DNA of 64,000 nucleotides. It comes from a virus. Shown piece by piece: positions 46,049 to 59,800 of this stretch. The translations under genes were made by a program, and so were the position numbers. Within the stretch, counting starts at the first letter, position 1. Every line of letters begins with the position of its first letter. The notes under the pieces are model-generated. The model did not search any database. It saw only the letters and a list, made by a program, of their open reading frames with translations, and was not told the DNA's origin. Location: the IMG/VR virus record IMGVR_UViG_3300023109_000007, positions 1 through 64,000 of that record; one strand, written 5' to 3'.

Positions 46049-48115
46049 TTATATTCCTGGATCAAGGTTTACAACTGTGAGTGGATCCCAAGTGTTTACC
46101 CCGCCAGCTTCAACACAAGTGTAGCGTTTTAACCCTCGGCTAATTGTAATACTAACTGTACCACTAGCAGGGAAAAATGCAACGTCTTGCATTACTGATT
46201 CGTTTTGTGTTCCGTTGCTGTCAACAGCAACAAATGATATGTTTTTAACTGCATCAACATCAATGTTTTCAGCAGTAGATGCTGCCGCTGTAGTTGTTGA
46301 AATAAATGCAAATGATCCAGCAATCTTTTTAGCTGATGGAAACATTGCTTCTAAATGATTGCATATATCACTATCATCTAATCCAGTAATATCTAAACTA
46401 AACACAATTGGCTGTGTTTCTATTTCATAGTCTACATAACCTTTAGTTGCAACTGTGTCATCTGTATCTTCTATCGATTCGTCATTTTGTGCAATTGCTC
46501 TGTTTTTAGATATCGGAGTTGCTACTCCTGTAATCTTTGCCTTTGATGCTTGATTAATTCTACCTGGATCTGTTGCTGGATTAGGATTTGGTATATCAAC
46601 ACCCATTGAAGTTGGATATTTAAATGATTCCGGACTACTAAAGAAATTGTAGTTAGGTTCATTTGTACCAGGTCCTGAAACAACAAATCCTGGATTGCTT
46701 AATAACATAGTACCGTAACTATCAACTCTTAGACTTTGTCCGTTTGATGTAATTGTATTACCATTTAAATTTAAATTATCAACATTTAGGTATTGTAGTG
46801 TACCAATTCTAATTAGCCCTTCAGCAAATCTAATATCATTTTCTAATCTGTCTGCACTAAGTTTGTCTGCACCGTTAATTTTATATGACTTACCAGTAAC
46901 TAAATCAAAGTGTTCTGTGCTTGTCCATGCATCAGTTGCTGACTTCCAAGTAAGTGATTTATTTGATGTTTCAGCAAGTAATATTAGGCCGCCATCGTCC
47001 ATCTGTGCATCTGGAAGCGGCGCACTATCTTCGCCTCTACCTAGTTCAATATTTTTGTCTTCTACACGCAGTGTACTCACATCAACAATAGTCGAATCAC
47101 CTCTTACTGTAAGACTGCCTTCAATAATAACATCCTTAGGAGTATTTGCATATATTGCATCACTTCCGCCAATATGTAACATTGCTTCTGGGTTACTATT
47201 AAATATACCAACTCTATTATTTCTAGAGTCAATATATATTGAATCAACTGTTAAGTCTAACGAACTACTTTTTGTTCTTAATGTTAAATCACTATCTGTA
47301 ACTTGGTTTTCAATAAAGTAGTTTCCGCCTAATATTTTGTGCGCTACGTTCGGAGCAGTACCTAAGATTAAACCACCTTGATTGTTAATTGTAATTGTAC
47401 CTTGAGCAACAGCATCAACATCTGAAGGAAGGAACTGTTCAACTGTACGTACATCACCATCAGCTGTAAGCAAAGCGTTTGACGAAGTAGCTGTTCCGTG
47501 GAATTTAAAGTTTGTTTGGTCAACAACATTAAAGCCTTCTTTGATAATACCATTTGGATTATCTACTGTTACTAACTGAGCAATACGTTGTGAATACTGT
47601 GGAGTAAATTCAAGATTACTAAACACTCCAACTAATTCACTTGCAACAAATAATTTTGCTACAGGACGTGAACGAGACTGTTCATCAATAATTGTATCAA
47701 TTCTAAATCCACTTTCACCTTGTAGTGAACTATATTGTGGACCAGCTAGTGTTAAGTCTGTGCCGTCATAGAAATATAATTGGTTATTTAGGTTATCAAT
47801 CCATAAGTCGCCAGCAACCATTGTAGGTGCTGTAGCTTGTACAAACGGACCACCTGATGCTTTCCAAACTGTACCGTCATAAACTTTTAATCTTTGCTCA
47901 GCTGTATCCCACCAAAGTTGTCCGTCTAATGGATTTGTAGGTGCTGCTGTATTAGCAAAATTTTCTAACATCTTAATAAAGTTTTCGTTAATAAATTCAC
48001 CAAAACCTTCGTAGTTTCTTCCGACCAGTATTAAATTTGTGGACTGATTATCAATCTGTCCGTCAATTAAGTCTACTAGTAATGTGCCGTCGGTTTTATT
48101 TAATTTATAACTCAT
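46049..48115 (-). CDS. Tail fibre-like protein
   Basis: Same N-terminal module (LENFANTAAP.NP.DGQLWWD...LKVYDG; GDLWID..N.QLYFYDG); fibre motifs RVGIFNSNPEAMLHIGG, GSLTVRGD, LRVEDKNIELG and VATKGYVD. Confidence 0.75.
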   Translation of the reverse strand: MSYKLNKTDGTLLVDLIDGQIDNQSTNLILVGRNYEGFGEFINENFIKMLENFANTAAPTNPLDGQLWWDTAEQRLKVYDGTVWKASGGPFVQATAPTMVAGDLWIDNLNNQLYFYDGTDLTLAGPQYSSLQGESGFRIDTIIDEQSRSRPVAKLFVASELVGVFSNLEFTPQYSQRIAQLVTVDNPNGIIKEGFNVVDQTNFKFHGTATSSNALLTADGDVRTVEQFLPSDVDAVAQGTITINNQGGLILGTAPNVAHKILGGNYFIENQVTDSDLTLRTKSSSLDLTVDSIYIDSRNNRVGIFNSNPEAMLHIGGSDAIYANTPKDVIIEGSLTVRGDSTIVDVSTLRVEDKNIELGRGEDSAPLPDAQMDDGGLILLAETSNKSLTWKSATDAWTSTEHFDLVTGKSYKINGADKLSADRLENDIRFAEGLIRIGTLQYLNVDNLNLNGNTITSNGQSLRVDSYGTMLLSNPGFVVSGPGTNEPNYNFFSSPESFKYPTSMGVDIPNPNPATDPGRINQASKAKITGVATPISKNRAIAQNDESIEDTDDTVATKGYVDYEIETQPIVFSLDITGLDDSDICNHLEAMFPSAKKIAGSFAFISTTTAAASTAENIDVDAVKNISFVAVDSNGTQNESVMQDVAFFPASGTVSITISRGLKRYTCVEAGGVNTWDPLTVVNLDPGI

Positions 48116-48120
48116 CTTTA

Positions 48121-50196
48121 TTATCCAGTATATATAATGTAATTGATTGCCAAATATGGATTCATTGTATCAATTGGTGTACCTAATGTACCTGTTGTTT
48201 TAACGCCGCCACTTGACGGTAATGCTTGTCCTGCTAGTGTACCTGTAGGAGCATCATATTGAATAGCCTGGTCATCGTCTGGTACACCTGCATTATCACG
48301 TACCGCATAATACTGCGCATTGTCTGCGCCGCGCATATCATGTTCGTGTTCTGGTAAGTTGTCAATACCTACTGTAATAGTTTCACTACCTGCTGAGTTA
48401 CCAATTGCTTGCGCACCTGTACCAGTAACTCTACCTGCTGACGGAACGTCTCCCATATTATCAAGTCCTAGTGGGAATCTACCTCTAAAGTCTGGCAATG
48501 CAAAAAGATTAACACCGCTATCTGATAATTGATCAGGATCTTTAAAGTTAAATCCTATTGACAGGAATAATTCACTAAATTCTGATTTTCTAATTTCTTG
48601 ACCATTACAAAATAACCATCCTGTCGGAAGTGCTGATCCACCAAACGGTACAATTGTACCTGCTGGAATAAGTGGAATAGTTTTTAAGAAATTTTGCTTA
48701 CTAATTCTATATAAGCCTTGTGCATCACCTGATGTTTTGTTAATAAGAATTTCATCGCCGGGGCTTCCGTTTGCTAAACTTTCTTTATTACTAATAAACG
48801 AATTACTAATTGAAGTTACAAACGTTTTTGTGCCTTCGCCAGTTTTGCCATCAAATGCAAAACTTGTAGCACTTACATCTCCAGACATTGCAAATTGTGT
48901 AGCACTTGAAAGTCTATCTGCTGATCCTGCTTTACCTGATACTGTACCTGAAACATTACCTTGTAAATTACCAAAGAAATTGTTTGAATATATTTGATCA
49001 TATCTATTTAGGTTATTACCTACAATGCGTGTTCCGTTACCGTCAGGTATAATGTTTCCTGTAGACAAAATTCCGCCAATATCAAGGTTTGCGCCTACAT
49101 ATGCATTTAACGCAACTCCCAATCCGCCTTTTGTAATAATACTACCTGTACCAATACTTGAAGAATTAGTTGTACTTTCAACTTTTAACTTACCTGTATT
49201 TTCTATATCGCCAGGAGTACTTGCAATTTGTATGTTTCCTCTAACATCTAATGCTTCGTCCGGAGCAGTATTATTAATGCCTACAAAACCGTCGCTGTCA
49301 ATACGCACTACAGTATTTGTTTCTGCGCCAGAACGCACTCTAATATCAATGTTTGATCCTGAAGTATTGTGCTGAATAATTCCAGCTTCGCCTTCAACTT
49401 GTAAACTTAACTGTCCGCCTTCACCAATTTGTATACCTTGGTTACTTTTAATTCTCATTTGGCTATCTGTTGTACTTGGAGCATCACCTCTTAAGAAGTT
49501 GTTTGCACTAACTGTTTCAATACCGTTTGCTACCAAAGGACTGTTTGTTACTTTAAGAGCTGCTGCTTTTGACGACAGTCCTATAAATTGATAGTCATCT
49601 GTTTGATTTGGGTTTGCTAAGTTAATACCCTTTGATACACTATCAAAACCAAATATCTGTGTTTTTAAACTAAATGCAGAGTCGCTTATAATAGCAACTG
49701 TTGTATCTCTAATATCAATTTTTAAGACTGTGTAGTCTATATTATCCTGACCTACTAGTGTTACAGGTGTTGCTCCTGTTACAAGACCATCAGAGTAACT
49801 TGGACCAACTAATATCCAGTTAGAACCTGTATACAAGTATAGTTGTTGGTTATCAATATCAACCCAAAGGTCACCTGCATTTGAATTACTAGCAGCAGGT
49901 TCAGCTGTACTTTTCTTTAAGCCAGAAGCTGAAATCCATAATGTTCCGTCATAAATTTTTAGCTGATCAACACCTTCTGTTGTATCATACCAAAGCTGTC
50001 CTTCTACTGGTCTATCAGGTGCTGTGTTATTTGCAAAATTTTCTAGTAATCTTAACAAGTCTTCAGCAATTGCTGCGCCGTAGTTTGTTGTAAATCTTCC
50101 TGGCAGTTGTAAAGAAGTATCTTGGTTAATCGTGTTGTCTTCAACCGATATAACACCTTTGTTTGCTTCGTCTGTGTATCTTACCGTATATGCCAT
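48121..50196 (-). CDS. Tail fibre protein with phage tail-collar domain
   Basis: Same N-terminal module; VGINNTAPDEALDVRG; collar motif PAGTIVPFGG...PTGWLFCNGQ...FALPDFRGRFPLG; HEH metal-binding motif; C-terminal NPYLAINYII. Confidence 0.85.
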   Translation of the reverse strand: MAYTVRYTDEANKGVISVEDNTINQDTSLQLPGRFTTNYGAAIAEDLLRLLENFANNTAPDRPVEGQLWYDTTEGVDQLKIYDGTLWISASGLKKSTAEPAASNSNAGDLWVDIDNQQLYLYTGSNWILVGPSYSDGLVTGATPVTLVGQDNIDYTVLKIDIRDTTVAIISDSAFSLKTQIFGFDSVSKGINLANPNQTDDYQFIGLSSKAAALKVTNSPLVANGIETVSANNFLRGDAPSTTDSQMRIKSNQGIQIGEGGQLSLQVEGEAGIIQHNTSGSNIDIRVRSGAETNTVVRIDSDGFVGINNTAPDEALDVRGNIQIASTPGDIENTGKLKVESTTNSSSIGTGSIITKGGLGVALNAYVGANLDIGGILSTGNIIPDGNGTRIVGNNLNRYDQIYSNNFFGNLQGNVSGTVSGKAGSADRLSSATQFAMSGDVSATSFAFDGKTGEGTKTFVTSISNSFISNKESLANGSPGDEILINKTSGDAQGLYRISKQNFLKTIPLIPAGTIVPFGGSALPTGWLFCNGQEIRKSEFSELFLSIGFNFKDPDQLSDSGVNLFALPDFRGRFPLGLDNMGDVPSAGRVTGTGAQAIGNSAGSETITVGIDNLPEHEHDMRGADNAQYYAVRDNAGVPDDDQAIQYDAPTGTLAGQALPSSGGVKTTGTLGTPIDTMNPYLAINYIIYTG

Positions 50197-50206
50197 TTAA
50201 TGCTCC

Positions 50207-50812
50207 TTATACACCTGACAAGCTCTGAATTCTAACTGTATAATCAATTTGAATTAATCTGTTTAAAGATTTTTGTACTGGGTGGAAAATAACGTGTGTC
50301 AAAAGTCTACCCGAGCCACTAGTGTCATAACTACGTAATCCTAGTTCGTCAAATATATAATTGTTAGTTAAGTCATTAGCTGTATCAAATGCATCTTGTC
50401 CATTAGGCTCACCATAATCAAGTAAACAACTTACAATTACATCTGTATAATTTGTTCCGCTAACATGTCTTGTTTCTAATTTATTTCTAGCAGGGTCTGT
50501 ATTGTTAACTGACCTATCGTCTACTACCTTTGTGTATGTTTGGTTATATAGACTTGCATTTGTGCCTGTACTATTTGGAGTCAAATAAGTAATAATGCCT
50601 GTAGGATCTACACTAGTACCACCGTTACCAAAACTCATTTCATACACAAAACCTTCACCTGCATTAGTAATACTTTCAGCAAGTGCTATACTCATATTTT
50701 CGTAATGAATAGCATTACGCTTGTCCACAATAACTTTGCCTGATTCTGGATCAGATATTTTAATGTGTCCCTGTAATAGTACACCGTTTTGTTCGTTTAT
50801 ATTATCAGTCAT
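50207..50812 (-). CDS. Putative baseplate/tail structural protein
   Basis: GHIKI...NAI...MSFGNGG...FDELGL...LLTHVIFHPVQKSLNRLIQIDYTVRI, a pattern typical of phage tail-fibre-attachment proteins. Start set at 50812 (MTDNI). Confidence 0.6.
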   Translation of the reverse strand: MTDNINEQNGVLLQGHIKISDPESGKVIVDKRNAIHYENMSIALAESITNAGEGFVYEMSFGNGGTSVDPTGIITYLTPNSTGTNASLYNQTYTKVVDDRSVNNTDPARNKLETRHVSGTNYTDVIVSCLLDYGEPNGQDAFDTANDLTNNYIFDELGLRSYDTSGSGRLLTHVIFHPVQKSLNRLIQIDYTVRIQSLSGV

Positions 50813-50831
50813 TTTTTTGTTTCCTACAATG

Positions 50832-50838
50832 TATTTAT
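50832..50838 (-). promoter_or_regulatory. ATAAATA late-promoter-like motif overlapping the stop of the giant gene
   Basis: GAATAAATAC on the minus strand, about 20 nt before the ATG at 50812. Confidence 0.5.
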
Positions 50839-53800
50839 TCAATAAAGTTTATGCTGCCACTACGCAAGAAATTAGCAATATTATTATCACTATTAGCTAG
50901 TGATGTGTCCGGATCATTCCAAACTTTGCCCTGTTTTCTTATTATATGTACCTGTACGTTAGCAGGTGGAATATAATTTCCGTAAATTCCTGTGTCAGGA
51001 TCAGCTATATTTAATGTTAGTATGTTCCCAACTACGCTAAATTCTGGCGGTAATATAATGTCGCCTTCGTTACTATCTAATGCAGTAGCCGGATTGAAAG
51101 ATAATTGAGATGTTTTTCTCAATCTACGTCCTTGATAAAATACTTCAAAAAATTCTACTGCACTAACTTCTAAGTCATGTGCTGCATTATACACTTGTGC
51201 ATTGTTGTCTGGATCAAAGTCTAAATCAATAACTTTAGTTGACCCGTCGGTTGTATGTATTCTTGTAATAGTTTCATCTTTGTATGGTATTGACTTGTTT
51301 GGACCTTGGTCATATACTGAAGTACCGCTTGTAATTGATTCATTTACACTTGTACCCAGTGTTCCTCTGCGCAATTGACGTAAAGTGTTATCTTCTTTAA
51401 CAAGATATTCTATACGTTCTTTATTAATCCAAATTATGCCAGGTATATTTTTGCCTTTGTTTGGTTCGGGTAATGTACTACCGTCAGCTACTTCAATCCT
51501 TAAATCATAATAATTTAAGTTTTGTGTAAGTGTTGTAGTTGCTTGATCGATACGCTTAAAGTGTGTTCTGTTTAGCATGTCCTTAAACTGCCTATATGCA
51601 AATCGCTCTGTAGCAATTGGAGCAGAGAAACTTAATACATCAATAACATCATCTGGATTTAGTTTTTGCTCTATTCTAACTTTTGTTCTGTCATCAGTAA
51701 CATGATAATCTAAACTAGGTATTAGCAATTCTCCGTTTACACTTATCCAAACATATTGTGCATCTATTACAGGTTTGCGTAATAGAATTTCACCTGTTGT
51801 TAGTCTATGATATGTAGAATACTCTTTAGATCCTGCTGTAAGTAAACTTCTAGCAGCAACTTCATAATTTATACGCTCAGAATTTAGTATATCATGGTTA
51901 GTAAATGTAATTAATTCTATACTAACATCATATCCTGGTGTATCTACAAATGTAATAACATTGTTTGTTATTGTGTACTCACCGTCACCTACAATATAAA
52001 CTTCTAGTATATCACCTGGTTTTCCAACTCCAGGTTGTAATTCAATAATACTGTTACTACTATCAAATACCCATTGATTAGGGAAAGTAATTGCTTTGCC
52101 GTTAATAAATGGTTTAACATTGTTTTCAACATTCGAAATACTACCGCCTGGTTTTTGGAATAATTCTAATTGATATTGACGTTGTCTATCTTGTGGAATT
52201 GTAAATTCTGCATTATAACCCGGATTCAATACTTTATTGCCTACTTTTACAAGCATCTTGTATTCTAATGGTGTTTGATATAATGGTGTAGAAGGTAATG
52301 TAAACGATACTGTGCTGCCATCACCTATTAGACTTGATCTTGCCATTTGACTTACATTAATAATAGTGTCATCTGCAAATATTACATAATCAATTAATGC
52401 ACCTGTGCTAGGTTCAGATTCAAAACGTATTACAGTATTGCCGCCAAAGTTTGGAAAACTGTCATCAGCTTCTATTAGAATTATATCTTGCTTTATGCCA
52501 TTTATTGTAACATATGCTGACATACTTTCTTGGTGCTTAACAGCAGTTAAATAATCAGCTGTGTCGCCTGTTGCAACAAAACGTCCTGTATCGAGTACAT
52601 TTTGTTGTCCAGTTCCTACTGCAACAACACTTAATACTTGATTAACTGCTAAGTTTGCACTATCAAGTACTAATTTATTATTTGTCCAATCAATAGTATA
52701 TTCACTTGGGCTTAACAATGTATTATCAAGTTTTACAAGAATAGAATCAACACTTGCTGGAATAATCTTAAGATCAAACTCAGTATCGTTAGCACCCAAC
52801 ACAAATGTTTGTGCATATATCATGCCTTGACCGCCAGTTTCTCTTTCGTATACTTGTATGTCTAAACTATCAATTAACTGTCCTGGAACTAACTCTTCTG
52901 TACCTTTTGATGTTGTTGGGGTAACAAATCCATCACCGTCTATAATAATTTCTTCTGCTGCAATACCTTTTGCAGTTGAATATGCTAAGTCGCCGCCGCT
53001 TAATGCAGTGTCAAAGCTAAGATCATCTGGTTCAAAACTTCCGTCACTAGTTTCTTTTCTTATAATGATACTATCACCATCTTTTACAGTAATACCTAGT
53101 TCATCTAACTCAATTATATCAGTAGTACCATCGCCGATAAGTGTTTCTATCCATGGTCCGTCGTATGTTGTATCTGAACTATCAGGACTAGCACCATCTA
53201 TTCTTGTATATTCTGTTTCGCCAAGAAGTCTTACATAAACATTGTAGTTAGTTGCTGCTTCTAATGGCTGTCCTAGCTTTATACTAATAGTAGATCCATC
53301 AAATATAAACACTTCATCTTCAAATGTATTAATATATGAGTCCCAAGTTGTTGAGTACCAAGAATCACTATCCCATCCACTTGGACCAGTAAATTCAAAA
53401 CTACGTACCTGAACACCACCATAATCAATGCCGTCCATTAATTGGTTAAGTTCTTTACCTAACATTCCTGAAGTAGGATTATAGAAAAAGTTTACTCTAT
53501 CTTGTGCATGTAACATGTCAACACTTTTTTCGTATTCGACAGTTATTACTGCTAAGTTACTAGGTGGTGTAGTGAAGTCAATTACGCCTTGTAATCTTGT
53601 ATACGACTTATCATTATTTTCTTTATTGTAATATGTATATTCACTTCTTAATGCTTCTTCACCATCTACGCTAATTTTAACTTTTGTAGAATTATTTGCA
53701 ATTGGCCATTCTAAGTTATATGATGTCTTGAATCCTGTTCCAGCAAATGTTTCTGCAGTATCAAGATCCATTATATACATACTGCCTGACGTTCTGTCAA

Positions 53801-56800
53801 ACTTAACTTTCATTAATGCAGTTCTAATTAAACTATTACCAATTATTACACTTGCACTAGCTTCAATACCGCCTGATGCTTGCGAACCTTGTATTGTAAT
53901 AGTTGGAGCAGATATATAGCCACTTCCTGGATTAGTAACTTCAATTTTAGTAATTGCGCCACGTCCAAGGTATGCTTGTGCTGTTGCACCAGAACCGCCA
54001 CCACCTTCAATTATTATTTTAGGTGTAAATGTATACTTACTTCCTGGATTAGCAATTTCAATTGATGTAATTTCATATCCAACATTATCAGTAAAGTCCT
54101 TGCGAGGAAATTCATTAAGTTTAGTATTATTAGAAACTACAACATCATCAACTACCTTTATAATTGGAACTGTTATCTTTTTAGAAACAGTATCATAATA
54201 TGCAGGAACATCAAAATCACTAATTTTACTATTTGACTCGTCAATTGCTTCATAGTTACTTACGAATTCTCGTATAGATGTTTTAAATGGTTTTGCTTCT
54301 TTGATATATGCTTCATAACTAGGTAATGTATCGTTATTAAATGTAATATCCTGCTGTAGAACTCCTAAGTTATGTTTTGCCTTTACAAAACTTGTCTTAA
54401 ATGCCCAGTCAACATATAGTTGCTCAGAAAATACATAACGTAAACTTGCAAACCATAAGTTGTTGTATTCAATTTCTAATTCATCAACAAATATATTATC
54501 TCTAATAGTGTTTAGAATAATTCTTAATTCTTGTACAGGCTGATTATCATAGAAATAACTGTCGAAACTTCTTACATCATAACCTAAACTATTGTTTAAT
54601 AAATCATAAAGTGAATTATCAAAGATAATAGTACCGCTTTGTCTACCAATTGTTTCATAATTTATTGTAAAGTCTTCTGTATCTTCGTTTGCAACTTTTC
54701 TAAGTAACAGCCAACCGCCTGTTCCTACAGAACTAATCTTAACAATATCGCCAATTTTGTTTTCCAAGCCGTAAAGTTCATATGTTCCTTGTAGACTATA
54801 ATCAATATCAGTAAATTCATTATATCCGTTAGCATACCAATCTGCGTATGACCAAAATAAAGACGTATCAAATTCTTGTACACGTTTTCTAAACCATTCT
54901 TTAGAAGAATTATCCCAATCATATATTGACCACTTACCATATACAGTCGAATCTGTAATTACAAGTACTGATAATTTTCTAACAAGTAATCGTGTTGCAT
55001 TAGTGTAATTTTCACCTTGATTAATAACTTCTACACTAGTAACTTGACCTAAATTATTGATAAACGTTTGTATTTCTGCACCAGTACCTTGTCCTACTAT
55101 CTCTACTGTAGGACCTTTTCTAATAGTATCAGTCTCAGGATTAAAGTTAATATCTTTATATCCTCTTCCTGGCTCTGTAATTTCAACTGATCTAATTGCA
55201 CCGTTTGAAATAACTGGTGTAAGCTGTGCTTGTACAATTTTACTTGTACCTATAAACCGCAATTCTTCAACTGTGTCAATTTCAAAGTCATATAAATTTG
55301 TAAATTTGCTTGGTATTGACTGTGAAGATGTTAATGGCGATAAATCAAAATCATCAACAATTAGTTTTTCTGCTAATACTAAGTTTACTCTTTCAATAAC
55401 TTGCTTTAGTGCTTCAGTTTTGTTTACAAACATACCTTGACGGGGACTAAATCTGTTACCATACTTTAATTTAACTGGTAAATTAGGATCAGGTACTTGA
55501 CGCATTTGAGCATCATAACCAACTAAGCTATCAAACCACTTTTGTTCAATTTCTGGATTTAGTTTGCTTGTTTCTAAACCGTCACTCATAATTTGATACT
55601 GTGTATGAACGTTTTGCTCTCTATCATTATTAGCAAGCCATCTAACATTTAGTACAATATCTTTATCATTTAATAAACTGTCACAGTTATGAACAATAAA
55701 TCTGTCTTGTGCTAATAGTGCTACATGCTTATAACCATTTCCTGCAGGATTTTGTATTAAATTTCCTATATCTAGGACTGATAGCTTTCTATTCGTTGAA
55801 TTTTTCGGAACATCTGTTTTACGTGTTACCCAAAAGTAGAACTTACTACCAAAAGTCTGTGTTGCCGAATCATAATTAACAACTTGTGTATACTGTGCAT
55901 CTGAATAAACTGTTTGGCCTGTTATGCCTGCTTGATATCCAATCTCAGTTTCACTTAATTCGTCCCACTTAGCTGGTGAATAATCACTTTCTACCCATTC
56001 GTGTACTGAAACTACGTAGTCTGGCATCAATTTATTGAAGTTGTTTTTTTGGAATGTTATATCACCTTGGTAAGCATTTATAAATTTACTTAAACTAATA
56101 TCATACCATACACTACCAACATAGTTTGCGCCCCATGGATCACCTTCATCAAACATTCCTTCAAGTGGAGTAACATTATAACGTGCCGGATCATAAGGTA
56201 CTTTGTAATCAATTTCTTGTTCGGCAGGACCGGGCAGTTTGCCCTGTATAATGTCAACATAATCTAAATCTAGTACCTTTTGATTAGTACGTTTGTTGTA
56301 TAGGAACATTCCTTCTATTAATTTGATATCAACTGTATCTACTGGACTACGTATTATGTTCCAAGCCGACTTGTTAAATGGTTTTCTATAGTCAATTATT
56401 TCGCCTTGGTAAGTATCTTTCTCTATTCTTGGCATACCAACATATGTATGATTGTCATTTATAACAAGTACTTCGCCAAATGTTTGTGTTTCGCCTGTGT
56501 AGTTGAATCTTTCTGCAAATACAAAACTATCATTTAAGTTTTCAAATACATATACAACTCCGCTATTAACCAATACGTTATTAAACGTTGTAAATCCTGA
56601 ATCATATGTAGTTGTTGGTTCAGTATTACCTACTATCGTTCCATCAAATGTAGTTGGCGATGTAATGTCACCATTTTTGCTTGTAATTACAATTTCATTT
56701 TTAGAAAAGTCAATGTTAAATCCAAATAATTCTGACTGTTCGTTATTTGGACTTATCAGTGTTTGAGAAAGTTCAAACACACCTGCTGCATTTTCTTTGT

Positions 56801-59800
56801 ATACTAGTACTCGACCTTGATCAATATTAATACTATCATTATACGGTTCGCTTACTGCAAAGAATTTACCGTCATCACTAACTGCAATATCATGATATAT
56901 ACCGTCTTTGGTTAATGTATCTTCAAGCATTTGCTTAAACATATATTTTGTACCGTCTAATTTATAAATGCCAATTGTAGCAATAGTATCATCAACTGTA
57001 AAGTTAGTAATATAGATTCCTTCAGCATACTCGTCAAGTGCTAAGTATTCCCAAGTACTATCAGCTGTATCAGCTGCTAGAGTTGCATCACGCACAGTTT
57101 CATCATCAAACAATGTTGAACTGATTCTAAATGTTGTGTCGCTTAGAATACTATGAACATAATATGTTTGGTTTTCAGCTAGTGGGGACTGGGCAGCAGC
57201 ATTGGATGAATCAAGTTCATTTGGTATTCTAACTCTAACTGGCATACCAATATAAAGCCATGCTGTTGAATCAATTGTAATAGTATCAGCATCAGTATCA
57301 ATTGACTCTACTTTAGCTTCAACTGAATGTTCATTTAATACTACTAATAGTTTTCCGTCTTTGCTTAGATCAAAACTCTTTGCAAATTGTGTCAACGGCC
57401 ATTTAGATTCAAATAACATTTGTGATTCGTATAATGTGTTATTAGTTTCTGTTGGTAAGTAACCTAAATAATCTTCGCCACCTGTAACTATTTCCCAATC
57501 GTTAGTGCTAAATGGCTGTGTGCCATCTACTTTAGTTTTTGCTTTATAAAGTTTTAGTGTACTATCGTCATCTGGATCAGCATATTTTACAAGTTCTCCT
57601 GGTGCATAATCTAGTACAGGATCGTTTTGGAATAATCCTCTATAATCATCGTCCTTGCCGTATCTCCAACTTATTCTATTCCAGTAAGTAGTATTTCCTA
57701 TGTCAATTACAGGTTCAAGTTGAGGTACATCTCTTTTTGCTTCATAAAACTCTCCTTGATACTCAACTATTACACCTTGTTCAAATGTATTAAGGGGTCC
57801 CCATTCGCCAAAATAGTTATCGGCTTTGTCAACAGGTACTCCGTGTTTAATAATTTCAAGTTGTCCGGTTCCTGATGTACTAGAAACAAGCAATGTATAA
57901 TCTAAGCCTGATTGTACTAGTTTAAGTTTTGTACCGTACCCTCTATTATCACTAGCTCTTTCACTAACAAAACTATCTACGTATCTAAATCCTGAAGTGC
58001 CATTAAATTTAAAGATACTTATTGTACCTTCATTAACATTCTGTACTTGACCAAATTCGTCAACTGGTATACTATAAACTTGTGTATAATCTCTATTAAA
58101 TGCATCTGGGTAGTTTGCAGGAACTTGTGCTCCTTGTTGAGCTACTGCATCATAGAACCAATATTCTTCGTCTACAATTTTGCTGTACTGCCAACTTGGA
58201 TCTTCAGCAACTGGTGGTAATGATACTAATGGTAAATTACCGTCAGTATTTTCAAAGACCATTAATCCGCCAATTTCATTACCACCCATAGCAACATCTT
58301 GAAGCACACTATCAATTTTGCCCATTACTCTTCCAGGCTGTCCTGGGAATAACGTAGCATCAGGTTCTCTACGAATTTCATATCTACCAATATTGTTTAA
58401 CTGTGACCAGTCGCCTGATATATTTTTAAGATAAACTCTTACTTTGTTAAAGTCTCTTTGATAAAATACAACTTCAGCTCGGCTTGTAGTTCTAGTACTT
58501 AAACTTAGTCCGCCAAAACCATCAAACGGTGTTTGTACATCTGTAACAATCGAGCCAACTAACGGTTCATATGGTAAATCATTTTGGAATTCTGTAAATT
58601 CAAAATCAATAAATCCATCCCAAATATCTGTTATTGTATGTTTTTTATTTAATTGTTCAAAAGTAAAGCCTGCAGAAGCAACATCAATAACATAGTTGTC
58701 AAGGTCATATAATTGTAATCTAACTTTAACATTGTTTCCTGTATCAGGATCTATTAATATATTTCCATTTATATCAGTAATTTTATTTTGATACTCGCTA
58801 CTCATTCTTACTACAAATTTATCTGTAGCAAATGTAGTAGGAGTAGCTAAGTTTCCATTGTCACCTAAATATGTAAGGTTAATAATTTGTCCAGCTTGCT
58901 GCTGTTGACCTGTATAACTTCCTATACTACTAATTAAATTTTGTAAGTTAAAGTATTCAAAAATATTTCTATTATCACTTTGTCGCTTAACATCATTATA
59001 TATTAAACCTGTACCAATTTCAATCCATGTAGAACCATTTTCATAAACTTTACTTACTGTTTTTTCAGCATCCGAATAAACATTAACTAACCAAAAGCCA
59101 GATAGTCCGTCAATTACATTATCTGCAAGTATATTATATGTTCCCATTATGTCAGCATCATTTACATATAAATCACCAAATGCATCAAACACACCGTTGA
59201 CATTAGTTAGGTACATTACAACACTATCGTCTTGTGTTTCGATGTAATAAACTTCGCCGCTACCTGTTGGAGTAGTAACTGAATTTCCTATCTGTGGTAA
59301 TATTGTAAACGTATCAACATATATTACTAAGTCAACTTTTTGTACAATAGTATGAGTATCACTAATATCTTCATATGTAAGTGTTCCGCTATCGCCGTCC
59401 CAAGGTAATGTTAAATCTAAAGTAGGGTTACTTCTAGAAAATCTGTTCCAAGTAAGGCTTACACTGTCGCCCGGCTCTGTTGCAAGATATGCTGTCTTCG
59501 GAGCTCTAATTAAGAAGTGATCAGTTGGTTTATCAATAAGACCAGGATTACCAGTAAGTAGTAAACTGATTAAACTACTATCAGCATCATCTTGACTTGC
59601 AATATCTGTATAACTGTTAAATGTATTAAATTCAACACTAGGTTGCTGAGGTATAATAGTTCTATTAGCTTTGTATAAGCCTTCTCTAAACGAAATTACA
59701 TCATTTTTATTATATTCTTGTGTCGGTACAAAATCACCTTGAAATCTTGTTCTTATTTCTGCTGCGTCTGGAGTACCTACTGCTAAGAAATTGCCGTCTG

